A stretch of DNA of 64,000 nt from Neocallimastix sp. 'constans' (taxonomy: Eukaryota), in contig JBODTK010000128.1 of NCBI GenBank assembly GCA_050613775.1, positions 372,001 to 436,000 of the forward strand, given 5' to 3'. A program made the position numbers and the translations under genes. The notes beneath the pieces are model-generated. The model made no database searches and was not told the origin of the DNA. It saw only the letters and a program-made list of their open reading frames with translations. Each line of letters starts with the position of its first letter. Within the stretch, counting starts at the first letter, position 1. Positions 13,477-27,100 of this stretch are shown here, piece by piece.

Positions 13477-14339
13477 TTTTATTATTATTTTTTAAACTTT
13501 AAATAATTTAAAAAAATATTTTTATATTTTATTATTAATATTTCTATTTTAATAATAAATGAAAATTTTTAATTAAATAATTTTTATTAGAATATATGAA
13601 TAATAAGCTTCAAATGTATTGAAATATAATGTAATTAATACACAAGCCACAATATATTAATATAGAATAATTATGTGCTAGTCTTTATCATTAAATATAT
13701 CAATAAAGTTGATAGAATTATAAACTGTAAATTCCTGATTTTTGAAAGATTAAAAGTCTTATCTGACTCTTTAAAAGATTCTCTGTATAAGAATCGTTTA
13801 CTGGACAGAATATTATGTAAAAGAAAAATAAAATGGAATTTTTAGTTACAATATAAGTTGTTCATTATGTTAACTAAAGGAAGACTAATATAACTGTTAG
13901 AGCATTTGAAATAATCATCAATGAAAAATTGAAGAAGCATGTAAAAATATAAAATACTTGATAAAAGACAATTATCTTAATTAAAATTAAATTCAAGAAA
14001 TACAAAAATATTAATTTAATAAAGAAAAGCATGCTTAAACATATATAGGAACAAATTATTTTTTCATACTCCTATAAAGACTCTCAATTGAAATTATAAT
14101 TTGATAGCTATTTATAATGTTCTATATATATACATAAAGGAATCTACTCTTTGATAAAATATAATACCTCATGAATATACAAAACAAATTTAATAATATA
14201 CATTACTTTCAAAGATTTAAGCAATCATATATTAAACAATGGTTTTTGTTAACTACAATGTATATTACACATACATATATTAACAGAAATAATGGAGGAG
14301 ATAATATGTCAGATATTTCCAGAACTATTTTTCATAAAA

Positions 14340-15150
14340 ATACATGGTTCAGAAAGTAATTGTTGAAATCCAATAGATTTGAGGAATGGTGTGATTGTTT
14401 CATTCTATTGTCGGCCAGATTGCTTCAGTCCATACAAAGTTTTACTCAATTTACAATGTCTTTTTCCATGATTTTTGTCTCTTGGAGGGATGCTAAAGTA
14501 AATATCTTTATCTAAATTGGCATTTAAATAGGCGGCTTTTATATTAGAAAAAATCCCAATTAAACTTTGCAGCTAAAGCTAAAATCATGTGTCATTTCAA
14601 TTGCATCATCTAATGTTTCATTTCCTCTAAATTTAAGATCACTTTGGATGACTGGTGACAGAACAAAGTAGATAAATTTGAGTTTTTTTAATTGTCCGGT
14701 TTGATATCCTTTCTTATCAAAAATCCTAACGATTTTTTAATTTCCCTGAGTAGGGTCGAACATTCATTTGGATTTTTCGTCTTCAGTTTTTTAAGTTTTT
14801 CAATTCATTGCTGGGAATTCTTTGATTTGTCTTTATCATATTCCCATTTTAGAACTTTAAAGACTTTAAATGGCGTATCTAAATTATTCACCATTTCAAA
14901 GACTTCTGACGACAAATTGTTTCCAATAATGGAATCAGCTAAGGCCTGCTCCTTGGTAGCTTTATCGAAATCGTTATCGAATAAATAATTATTTTTCTTA
15001 GTATCCGCTAAATATTCAGATTCAATAAATTTCATGAGACCTCCAGCATGTAACATGATACGGATCATGCGGTACCAGAACTCAAAATTCTTTGAGTTAA
15101 GATGATCACTTTCTGGAAGAGTAATATCATTTTTAGACATTTTCATAATG
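14340..15150 (-). mobile_element. Internally deleted Ty1/Copia remnant (gag N-terminus lying close to an RT fragment)
   Basis: ORF 14805-15146 (LNSKNFEFWYRMIRIML..GLMKFI..ADSIIGNNLSSEVF) is Copia gag-like. At ~14340-14545 the strand reads IKAAYLNANLDKDIY..LSKTLYGLKQSGRQ*..LKSIGF..SEPC. Confidence 0.85.
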
Positions 15151-17562
15151 CGACTCTTAATCTAATAGAAAACAAAATAAATAGATAGATTGCTTTTTAA
15201 TAAACTTTATTTATTAATAAATATATATTTAGTTTTTGGTAATTACAAGATTTAACAATTTTAGAAAATTACATTAGTTTTTTTTTTTTTTTTTTTATCA
15301 ATATTAACATAATATGTTAATGGTGATTTTAATTTATTATATGTAACAAAATCAGAACTAATACTAATAGGTAAATAATACATATTGACCACTTGTTAAT
15401 TCAAATATATTATTTTTAAGATTGTACTGAATATAAACTTCAGTAAAATGATTTTGCAATTCTACTTTATTTTCATCATAACAAATCCAACTGAACCAGA
15501 ATCCTTTATTAACTTTCCTACCCCCTAGAAGCACTACTTACAAGACGCTGTACGGGTAGTAAAAAAACTCCTCTAAAAGCAAGCGATGGCACATGCAAAA
15601 AAAAAAATAATTTCAAATTTTTACTAAGTAAAATGTGGCGTCTGTGACTGGTATTAAAAATATTTAACTAAATTTTAAAATAATATTGATATTAAAAGAA
15701 ATTTACATATAATATAAAATTATTTGTAAATTTTTTAAATTTTATCAATAAATTGATAGTATTTTATAATTAAAATAATAAAAGTAATTTAAAGCGAAGA
15801 CTATAACTTGAAATAAAGAAGTTCATTATTTAATTTTTAATAAATATTTAAAATAAATATAAAATTACAAATAAAAAATAAATTAATTATAATAAAAAAA
15901 GTTTATTTCACATGTTTCCGACAAAAGGAAATTATAGTTCAAAACAACAACCTTTTTTGCTTATTTTATATACTAATTACTTTTATTAAAAATTAAGTTT
16001 AACATTTTAATATAAAATATAATTAATTGTTAGTTTAAATTTGAATTTATATTTAATATTTATTATATTTAAATTATAAATTAATTGTTAGTAATTTATA
16101 TTTAATATTTATTATATATAAATAATAAATTAATCAATTGTTAATTATTATATTAAATAATTAACAATTAATAACTAATTCAAATTCTAATATTCATATT
16201 GTATATAATATTAATAAAATTTATATAATATAATAATAAACTAATAAATTAATAGATATAGTTAAAGAATTGAAGATTTTTTTTTTTGTGAAAGGGATAA
16301 AATGAGTGATATATCATATAAGTATATAACACCAATTAACTGGACTTCGATTTCCCTAAGAAATATTGGGGTAGTATTCTTTTAATCAATTCGTTATATT
16401 TTATGCCCTCATCTATCATGAAACCGGACTCGTTTTTCACTGACACCAAGTCGTTAAGAATATTATAAATGTATTCAATACTATTAGGTCATCCAAATTA
16501 AATTTATATAATTATTATTTATGATATTCCAATTCAAATTTAAACCATTATAATCAAATTTATCCGAATTCTATTCTTTGTCTTGGGAATTATGGTTTTA
16601 TTATATAAAATGTACATTTTTGAATAATTTAAAATTAATAATTATTATATGTATTTAACAGTTAGTTAATAATTAATTGAATTTTTATAAAAAAATTTTT
16701 TTTTAAAAAGTTCATCTTCAAAGTATTAATTATATCTGATTTTAAATAAGTGTTTGTTAATGGAATTGAATTTGAAATTCTATAATAATTAATATTTATT
16801 GATACTCATGAAAATTAGTACTTTTAAAAATTAATTATTAATATTATTACAATATTATTATTATTATTTTATTAATCTTAGTGCTCACTTCATCATTAAT
16901 TTCTAATTTATTATGAAAAAAGTTATTTTAATAAAGAACTAAAAATCCACTTTATAACAAAATAATAATAAGTAATATTTTTATTATTTCAATTTATATT
17001 TAAAAAGATAAATTTATTATAAAAGATAAATATATTCATCTTCTGAATTTATGTAATATTAAATATTTTTCAACTTTTAATCGGAATGTAACCATACTTT
17101 TTTGAATCAAATCAAACCGGATTTATATTTATTCATTTAATATTAGCTCCCTTTTCACATAAATATTTAAAAACATCTAAAGTAATAAAAAATCAATCAC
17201 TATTACCTCTACTTTTAAAATTTCTATTATTTCTTATATTACTATAATATAATAATGAAAAAAAAAAGATCATTATTATAATAATAATTATAAAATAGTA
17301 TTTGTAATAATAAAGTTAAAAAACATAGAAAATAATTTTGCTAAACATTATAAATAGATAATATTAAATCTTTTATATTATTAGTATTTAAGATTATATG
17401 AATATATAATTAAAAATAATAATAAAGTTTAAATCAAATATAATTTTTTTTATATAATATTTTAATGGCATATAAATTTGTAATAATTATATATAATTTC
17501 ATTATTTGTATAAATCCTTTATTAATTCGTAATTTTTTTTTAATAAAAATTTAAAAAAAAAA

Positions 17563-19555
17563 ATGAGGTCAGAAAATTATGAAGATAGTAGTATTAATGA
17601 AAGTATTGCAAATGAACAAGATAATAATGAAGAATATACGGAAGAAATATATGATAGAAATATTACAGAAAATATTAATGAAAATATGAGATTGTCAAAT
17701 TTAGATGGGGCTATAATGTCTGAATCATTAATAAATCCATCAAATGAAAACATAAATACAAATTCTGAAGAAAATAATTTTGATAATGATAATTTTTTGG
17801 AAAATATAAATGATGAAAGTTTTAGAAATTTAAATCAAGAATTAGTAAATTATCCCAATAACAATGAAATAAATTTTGATTTATCAGATGATTTATCAGA
17901 ATTTGAAAATGCAAGGGAAGTTCTAAAAAATTATGAACAAAGTAAAAATAAATATCGAAAAAGTAACAATGATCAAAATTATCAATTTTCTAATTTTCCA
18001 ATTCAAGGTACAATGTATCAACAAGCCTATAATTTATTAGTATTAAATGATGTTGTTTCACCTACTATTACATGTTATTGCGGAAATAATGATATTAATG
18101 GTTTATCTAATAAAACTACTCATAATAAAAATAATAATAATAATAATAAGTATAATAATAATTCGAATAAAATAAATAACACTCATGGTATCGAAAACAG
18201 AAATCTAAAAAAAACAAAAACATATAATAATAGTAATGAATTTATAGTGAGCATTCTCAAGCATAATCTCATTGATACCAATAATAATGGTAATAAAAAA
18301 TGTTATAATATATTTTCATCCACACCAATAGCATCACAAATGGAATTGGAAAAAAAATATTTTAAAAATAAAGCTAGACCAACTTTACCTTTAACCTTAA
18401 AACCAACAAAGAATCGTAATAGATATACATATTCATTTTTTTATAATACTTCATTTGATTCATATTTTGAAAATAATCCACCAACTACTGTTAAAGCGAA
18501 TTGGAGAGAAGGCATATCTAATCTTTACCTAAACATACATAAAAATCTTAAATAGTAATCATTTAAAAAAAATTTAATTATATATATATACTATAATAAT
18601 TTAAACACATATATATATATTCAATAGATAGATTTTTTTTATATTAATAATCTATTATTAAATATTAAAATTGTATATTTAATTTAAAAATATTAATTCA
18701 ATTTTTTCATTTGGAATAAATATATTTATATTATAATATTTTAATTATAAATCTATCTATATATTAATAAATATTATATAAACTATCTTTATAATAAATA
18801 ATAATATTAAAAACAAACAAAATAATTATAAAAACAATAAAATAAAATAAATTAAAAAAAGTAAATATATTTTGAAAGATCCATCATTAATACCATATAC
18901 ATTAGAACTAGAATGGTGTTTTGATTTTCGTCCTTCAAATATGTTAATTGAAACCATGCAGTTAGAAGTAATGCAAAATGATCCAGATGCACAAATATTT
19001 GATAAGTATTTAGCAAATGTTGATTCTATTACATGGTATGTACATACAGGATTAACAAGAGATGTCGTTAATTATAGTTATTCATCTACTAATAATAAAA
19101 GTAAAAAAGATCATAAGAATTTCAATAATAAGCAAGGTGGTAATAGTAATGGCCATAACAATAATTTATATAACCAAAATCATTCCTTGGATAAATCAAA
19201 ACAAAATTTAACTTTAAAGGAAGATACTGAACAAAATGAAAACAGTGACAAAAATAAAATAAAAAAGTCTACAAAAGAAAATGATTATAAACTTTGCATT
19301 TTAAAAAAATCCGATATACTAACAGACAACCGATATAGTTTTAATTTCAAAAAATCCAAGAAACCGAAAAATAAATATTCATTCAAAAAGTTAGATAAAG
19401 GAATTCATTTTAATAATATACCCGTAGTAGAGTTCAATGAAAATATAAATAATTCATTTTTATGGCAAAAAATACCAGAGAATGAAAATTATTATAATGA
19501 AATTTATAATGACATTGATGATGCTAATAATACAGAAGATGAAAACAACAACAAC

Positions 19556-19622
<67 letters not shown>

Positions 19623-21613
19623 TTAATAATGAAAATGATAATGAAAATGAAAATGATAATAACAATGATATTGATAATAATAATGATGATGATAATGATA
19701 ATGATAATAATACTGAAAATGCTGAAAATAAAAAAGAGAGGCCAAAGTTTAATTGGGTTAATTTATCAGAGTCAGCTTATGAACAACATGGTTTTATATT
19801 AAAGGCAGTAATAAAAGGTAAAATATATTATCATACAATAATTATTGTACTTAAAATAATTTAATTAAAAAAAAAAAAGATAAACCTGTTTCTATAAATT
19901 TCATAATTTTGTGAATATTTAAATTTTAATTTTTAAGGAAAAAGAAAAAAATTATTAATATTAAATTAAATCATCAAATAATTTTTATTTATGAATGCTT
20001 TTTTTTTTTTTTTTTTTTTTGAATAGTATAAACTTAGTTTCGCTTGATTAAATTTATTATATATATATATTTTATAAATATATTATCATATTTTTTAAAG
20101 GAAATTTCATTTCAGAAAATTTTAAAGATAATAACGTTAAGATAATTAATATGTTTGGTCATGGCTATTTAACTAATAATGAAATTTTATATAATCCAAA
20201 ATATAGACTTTTTGATTTTAGTTGTACCTTAATTCCAGAAATTGAGGTTGATTATCAATTAATGAAAAGTATTAAACTTCATGAAGAAAATAAATGGTGT
20301 AATAATTTATTATCGGGATACAATGATGAAAATTTTCATTTAAACAATGAAAAAATGAAAGATTTCACTATTATTATACCAGAAGTTGATCCAAAAGAAA
20401 GGGAATATGAACTTATAAATAAATTAAGAAAAAATTGCAATATAAAGAAAGGTTTTTATTTAAATTGTTAAAATATATTTATAATAGTAAACTTTAAATT
20501 TAATAGCTTTATTTTTTTTATTTTATATAATAAAAAAATAAAATTTTATTATTTAACAAAAAAATTAACTTTAATTTTTATTAAATTAATTATAAAATAA
20601 ATAAATAAAAATTAAAAAAAAAAAAAAAAAATTAAAAGATTCCAAAATTGAATGTGTGATGGATAAAGAAAAAAAAGAAATAAAATTTTATGTATTTAAA
20701 GAAAACTTAATGAAGCATAGTGATTATTTCTCGAAAATATTGAATTTATCTAGTCCTATTTTATATTTGGAACATCTTACTAGAGAAATAACCATAAAGA
20801 ATGTAGATTACATTTCATTTTATCAAATTCTATTTTATTGTAATAATGGTTACTTCCCTAATCAGCTTTATTACAATATGTATGATTGGATATCATTATT
20901 AATTGTTTCTTCAAGGTTTTTATTTCAAAGTATATTTAATTATTGTGAATATCAATTAAAAAACTTTATAACCAAAGAAACTATAGAAGAAATTAGTGAA
21001 TATGCTTCAGTATGTATAACTTTACAACTTTTATAGTTTATAATTTATTGATATAAAAAAAAATAAAATAATAATAAATAATAAAGTAATAGTAATGATT
21101 ATAATTATAATAATAATAATAATTATAATTAATATAGTACGAATACAAAAAATTAGATTAAAATTTATAACCAATTATTTAATTAACTTTATATGATATT
21201 ATTTTATTAAAACATTTCATTTATACATTAAATAAAAAAAAAGGTAATTAATGCATTCCAATTAAAAAGATATTGTCATCTTTATAAAAAGTATTATGGA
21301 TTAGATAATAATATTGAAGTAAGTCTTTTTGAAAATAAATTGGATAAAACAAAAAATTTTAAATTATATTATAAAAAAAAAAAAAAATTAATATAATAAT
21401 ATATAAATATATAAATATATAAATATATAAATATATTAACAAAAAGAATGATGATGATGATGATAATTATGAAAATGATGATATAGAAGAAAAAGAAGAA
21501 AACAAAAGTATAATAGGAATTGATATGGATTCCAAAAATAATACTAATAAATCTAAAGAAACATTATATGACATTGACATAAATGACTCACATATAAATA
21601 AAGTAGATGAAAA

Positions 21614-21650
<37 letters not shown>

Positions 21651-23476
21651 TATACTTCATTACATGTTAATAATGATTATATAAATAGTCATGATAAATG
21701 TGAAAATAAGAGTGGGAATATGCTATTCAATAATGTATTTACCAAATTTATATCCAATAGTATTACTTATTATTTTGATCATTGTTTTTTTTTAAAACAA
21801 ATGATTTTCCAATTATATAATTTCAATTTATCCTTTATCTCATTCTTTACCTTATTTATTTATATGAATATAATCATTTTGATATGTCTCCCATTTTCGA
21901 TAATTAAAAGCTATCTCTGGTTTATCTATTTCTTTTTTGCTTCAATCAAAGGAATGTTATTTGTTATAAATCATGATATTGGAGGGGGAAGAGCATGGTA
22001 TAACAAAATCTTTAATCTGTTATATTGTATTGTCATGGAAATTTTGCTATTTTTCTGTTATATCATATGTGCACTATTTTTATTTACTATTGGTAATACC
22101 TTAAATCTTTTTGTTATTTTATCAAGTATAATATTATGTTTAACTTGTCAAAGTATTCTATGGCCAATAATAGATTCAGTAAAATCGTTTAAAATTATTA
22201 ATAATATTATTAAAGGATACTGTAATGGAATGAGAAATGAATACTATCAAAATATCAAAAATGGAAAACAAATACGTTACACTTGTAATAGTAATATTAA
22301 TGATATTAAGGATAAAATTAAAGATATAAGTAATGATAACTTTGAGAATAATTATATTTTAAAATCATCTATAATGTTAGATGATGAAGAAAATAATAAA
22401 GGTAAATATTATTATTTTTTTTCTCTATTTAATATATCAACAAATAAAATTATTAAATATTAAAATAAGTAATTAATTAACTAACAAATATGCTTTTATA
22501 TATTATATTTTATTACCTTCTTTAATTTAATTTATAACATATAAATAATAAAAATTTAAATTATTTTAAATAAATATAATAAAAATAAATATAAATTAAA
22601 TATAAAGATATTGATAATGAAAAAATTAAAGAATTTTCTTTCGATAATGGAAATGTATTCCAAGAGATAATATATCAGAGTTATAATTCCTTAGAAAGTG
22701 GAAACAATATTTTTTATCCTAAAGAATCTGCTACAAGTGATTATACCGTAATTAATACTTTCTATAACAATAATAATAATGATAATGATGATGACATAAA
22801 AATTATAAATGATAAAAAAAATAATAATAATTATATTATTGAAATGTCAGTTCTTAATAATATGAACGATGATAATGACAATGATGACAACGATAATAAA
22901 AACAATAATTATAGAGAAAAAGTCGTAAAAACTATAAAAAGGGCAGAAAATGATATAGAAATAAATATTAATTCTACTACCTCTCTTTCATCATCATCAT
23001 CATCATCATATTCATCTTCATCATCATCTTCTTTATCTTCATCATTCTCTACCTCTATAAAAAACATTCATAATAATTATCATGAAATTAATAATAAATC
23101 AAATTTTAAATCGAAAATAAAATCAAATCCAAAATCAAAACTTAAATTAAAGTTACAATCAATATTTAAATCCTCAACATTTTTGCTTTCTCTTCATAAT
23201 TCCGAAAGACCCGATAAAAAAAGAGTTACTATTCCATTAAATTATTTTGAAAATACTTCATTCATAAAGAGTATATATCAAATATGGAAATATAGATTAA
23301 ACAGTTCAATTATTTTATGTGGACGTTGGTGGAGAATTATTTGTAGTCATCCCTTAGGAATATATTTTATTGTTTTTCCAAGTATAACAAAACAAATATA
23401 TTTAAATGGATATGAAGGATATCGATTCTTTTGGTGGCATAAAAAAACAGTTATAGAGAAGCCTTATATTATCTAA
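17563..23476 (+). CDS. Large (~1522 aa) BTB/POZ-domain protein with a C-terminal multi-pass hydrophobic region; 7 exons: 17563-18554, 18862-19817, 20101-20451, 20639-21009, 21244-21318, 21447-22401, 22608-23476
   Basis: All six GT-AG introns are phase-compatible, and the exons total 4569 nt (1523 codons). The BTB-like segment reads KFYVFKENLMKHSDYFSKIL..EITIKNVDYISFYQILFYCNNG..LLIVSSRFLFQSIFNYCEYQL..NAFQLKRYC. Exon 6 has several long hydrophobic stretches. Confidence 0.72.
19541..19710 (+). repeat. Coding (AAT)n microsatellite giving a poly-Asn/Asp tract
   Basis: A long AAT run lies in frame within exon 2 of the BTB gene. Confidence 0.95.
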
Positions 23477-23854
23477 ATTTATAATTTTAATGATTTTTTT
23501 TTTTTTTTTTTAATTTACATTATTTAAATTTATTTAATTTATTTAATTTTTATAATTTATTTATTTATTATGTAATTCAAATTATTAAAAAAAAAAATTG
23601 ATCAAATAAGTCTTATATCTTCAATAAAAATATCAATAAAAATGCCATATTTAATTAAAAAATAGTTTTAAATTTTTTCTTTACTTTTTTTTTTTTTTTT
23701 TTTTTTTTATAAATATCTATTTATTATTATGTTTTTATTTAATTTTATATATTTATTGGATTTGATGCTTTTTACTTTATTTTATTTTAGATATTTTTAT
23801 TTCAATATAAATGAAACTTAGTACTTTTTTAGCCTGTTTTATATATATAAAAAG

Positions 23855-23897
<43 letters not shown>

Positions 23898-24103
23898 CCA
23901 TAAAAAGTAAAAAGAAATTTATAATTTTATTTAATGCTTTTATTTCACAAAATTTTTTTGTTTTGTTCTATTTATTTATTTATTTATTTATTTATTTATT
24001 TTTTTTTATTATTATTTTATTTAATTTTTATATTAAAATTTTAAAATTAAATATATAAATATTAAATATTTACATATAAAAAAAGGTTTATTTAAAATTG
24101 AAA

Positions 24104-27100
24104 TTATAAAATTTCTATTAAAAATTCTTTTGCTTTCTTATAACCATTTTCGGCAGAAAGTCTTATCCATTGTAGTCCAATTGAAGAATTAAATTTATAA
24201 TTACTATCATTATTAATAAACTTTAAGGATCCATCCAAATAAAGTTTACCTAAAAGGAATTGAGCCTTTGAATGACCTTGAGCAGCAGCCTTAGAACAAT
24301 AATTAAAAAGTTTATCATAATGAATAGATTTTTCTTCATTAAAAGATGTCATTGTAATATTGGACATTTGACTTTGATTTCGAATTTGATTTTCTTTTTC
24401 CTTAAAAATATAATCTAAGCATTCACAATATAAATATTGTGCATTTGCATTACCAAGATCAGCAGCATATTGGAAATGATTAAGTGCTTGATCCAATTGT
24501 CTTGGAACACCAATACCATAATAGTAAAGTAATCCAAGAGCAGTATCAACTTTTGCATGTTGTTTTTTGGAAGCTTTTGTTAACCAATAATGAGTATTTT
24601 GATAATCATCAAAATAAATATAGTAGCAGAGTGCCAAATACCAACATCCATTAATATCATTCATATGTGCGGCACGTTTAAACCAAATTAATGCTTTATT
24701 AATATCACTTTCAACTAAGATACCATCCCTATAGCATTGACCTAAAATAACATAGGCCGGAATAAATTTTCTTTCTGCAACCTCTTTCCAAAGTTCTAAA
24801 GTACGTTCATTACATTTAATAAAACCAAGAAGATTTTGTTTTTTCTGTATTAAGGACTCGTATGAATAAGTACTACTATTATTATGAAGATAGAATGATT
24901 TCATTGTACCAAGAGATTTTATATCATGTCCATTATTATTATTATTAGTTGTGGTTAAAGTTTCAGTATTATTAATACCATTGGTATTATTATGATCATT
25001 GGTATTATTATGATCATTGGTATTATTATTGTTATTATTGTTACTATAATTAGTAATTATATTATTTAAATTATTAGATTTTACGAAATTAGATGAAAGT
25101 CTTTTCATTGATGATTTAATATTAAGATTTTTATTAATTTGTTGATATCTTCCACCTAAAGTATGACGATTTGGGAAAATCTCAGTAGCGATTTGCCATA
25201 AATGATAGGCTTTTGTTTTATTTTTACCAACACCTTGACCATCAAAATAATATAATCCTAATTTTAATAAGGAATCTACATGACCTTCAGAACAAGGTAT
25301 AGATAGTCTTTGAATAGCTTTTTGGAAATTACATGGTACATCTCTAGCACCATTCATAAGTTTCATAGCTTGAGTAAAATTCCAATCTGAAAAATACAAT
25401 GAATGTTTCAAAGCTTTCATTGCAAGTTGTAAACTTTTATTAGAAGAAGTCATCTCTTGATGATAATGTTTATTATATCTATTAAACTTCTTAAATCTTT
25501 CTAATTTTGGATATCGATTATTATAATTAATATCATCATCTTCTTTTTGATCATAATAATAATTACTTCCCATTCTACTAGAATTAATATTATTACCATT
25601 AAGTTCCAAAAAGATATTATCATTATTATTTTTACGATTTATATATTTATCTGCAATACTACCAAATTTATAGTGGGCCTTTAAATGATTTAAAATATCC
25701 TTTATGGTCCAACGATCTTTTGGATCTAGTTGAAGACAATGTTGAAGAATGGTACGAATATTTTCTGGCCAATTCTTATTTAAATAATCTGATTTATCTG
25801 AATTATCTTCTAAATAACGGGTTCCATCATTAAAGATATAATAAATAATTAAACCTAAACTATAAATATCACTAGCAGTAGTAAAAGGTGCAGATTTTTC
25901 TCTCAATTCTGGTGCCAACCATGAACGTTGAATACCATTAGGAGATTCAGGAGACATATCACTCATACTAAAATCACTTAATAATGCATGATAATATTCA
26001 TCTAATAAAATATTGGAAGGTTTTAAATTACCATGAATTAAATCTTGGCTATGACATATATCTAAACCTTCTACAATTTCAACAACAAATTCTTCTTTTT
26101 CTTCTAAACTAATAATAGGATGAGTAGTTAAATATTGACCAATAGATCCATTTTTATAGAACTGACTTACGAGTACTTCTTCATTGAAATAGGTTGAAAT
26201 ACCATAGATGGGGACAAAGCGTTGTAAACAAACCCATTCATTAATGATTTTTATATCTGTTTTTAATTTCTGTTTATCTACATTAGACTTCAAAACCTTC
26301 AATACGACATCCACAATTTCGGGAACAGAATAATGATTATTACCTGGATTATTTTGATCCGTAATACAAGAATTTTTAAAACTCAAATCAGAATAATCAA
26401 TAAAAGCATGAAGAGTATTACCGGAACCTAAAAGGAAATCGGGATTTTTAAATGAAGTACTAGAAATTATTGGTATATCGCTGTTGTTTCTAAGATTACT
26501 ATTAACTCCATAAATATCTATAACATCCAAATAATAGAATTTTAATTTTTCACTATCACCAACTAATAAATTATAGTTATCATTATTGACTAAATTTTGA
26601 TCATATTCATTATAGAAAAAGTCAAGTCCAATATCATCAAATGAATTACGTGAAACACTATAATAACTTGCTGTAGATGCAATATCATTTTTAGTTTTTT
26701 CAGTAAATATCTCATCAATAATATTTTGATCAATAATAATTTGATTTTTTGATCGATTATATTCTTCAATATTACAAATACTTCTTTCCATAATACCAGT
26801 ATGACCTTTTCTTTCTGTTTGATGTATATTTCTTGATTTATCTTCTTTATTATTATAATTTGTATTATCCCAATTCTCATCAGAACCTTCGGAACAAATA
26901 CTACTAATACTTTTACGACCATTCACTGAAGATAAATTATTCTTTTTAATCAATTCTTGTTGTTTTACATTCTCCTCATTTGAATAATGATCTTTTGTTT
27001 CTCTTTCACCAGAATCTTTAGATAAGGGATGGGATGATGGAGTATTATGATTTGGTAAATTAATTTGTTGGTTTCTTAATGTTTGATTATCATCTAAATA

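Noticed and set aside
15500..15660. GC-richer patch starting CACTAC with a weak hairpin (possible CACTA end or Helitron 3' end)
   Set aside because: I found no matching opposite TIR, TSD or correctly placed CTRR terminus.
16300..17230. Possible decayed coding fragments, including a KGANI ankyrin-like word at ~17140-17160 on the minus strand
   Set aside because: The fragments are too short and stop-ridden to assign.
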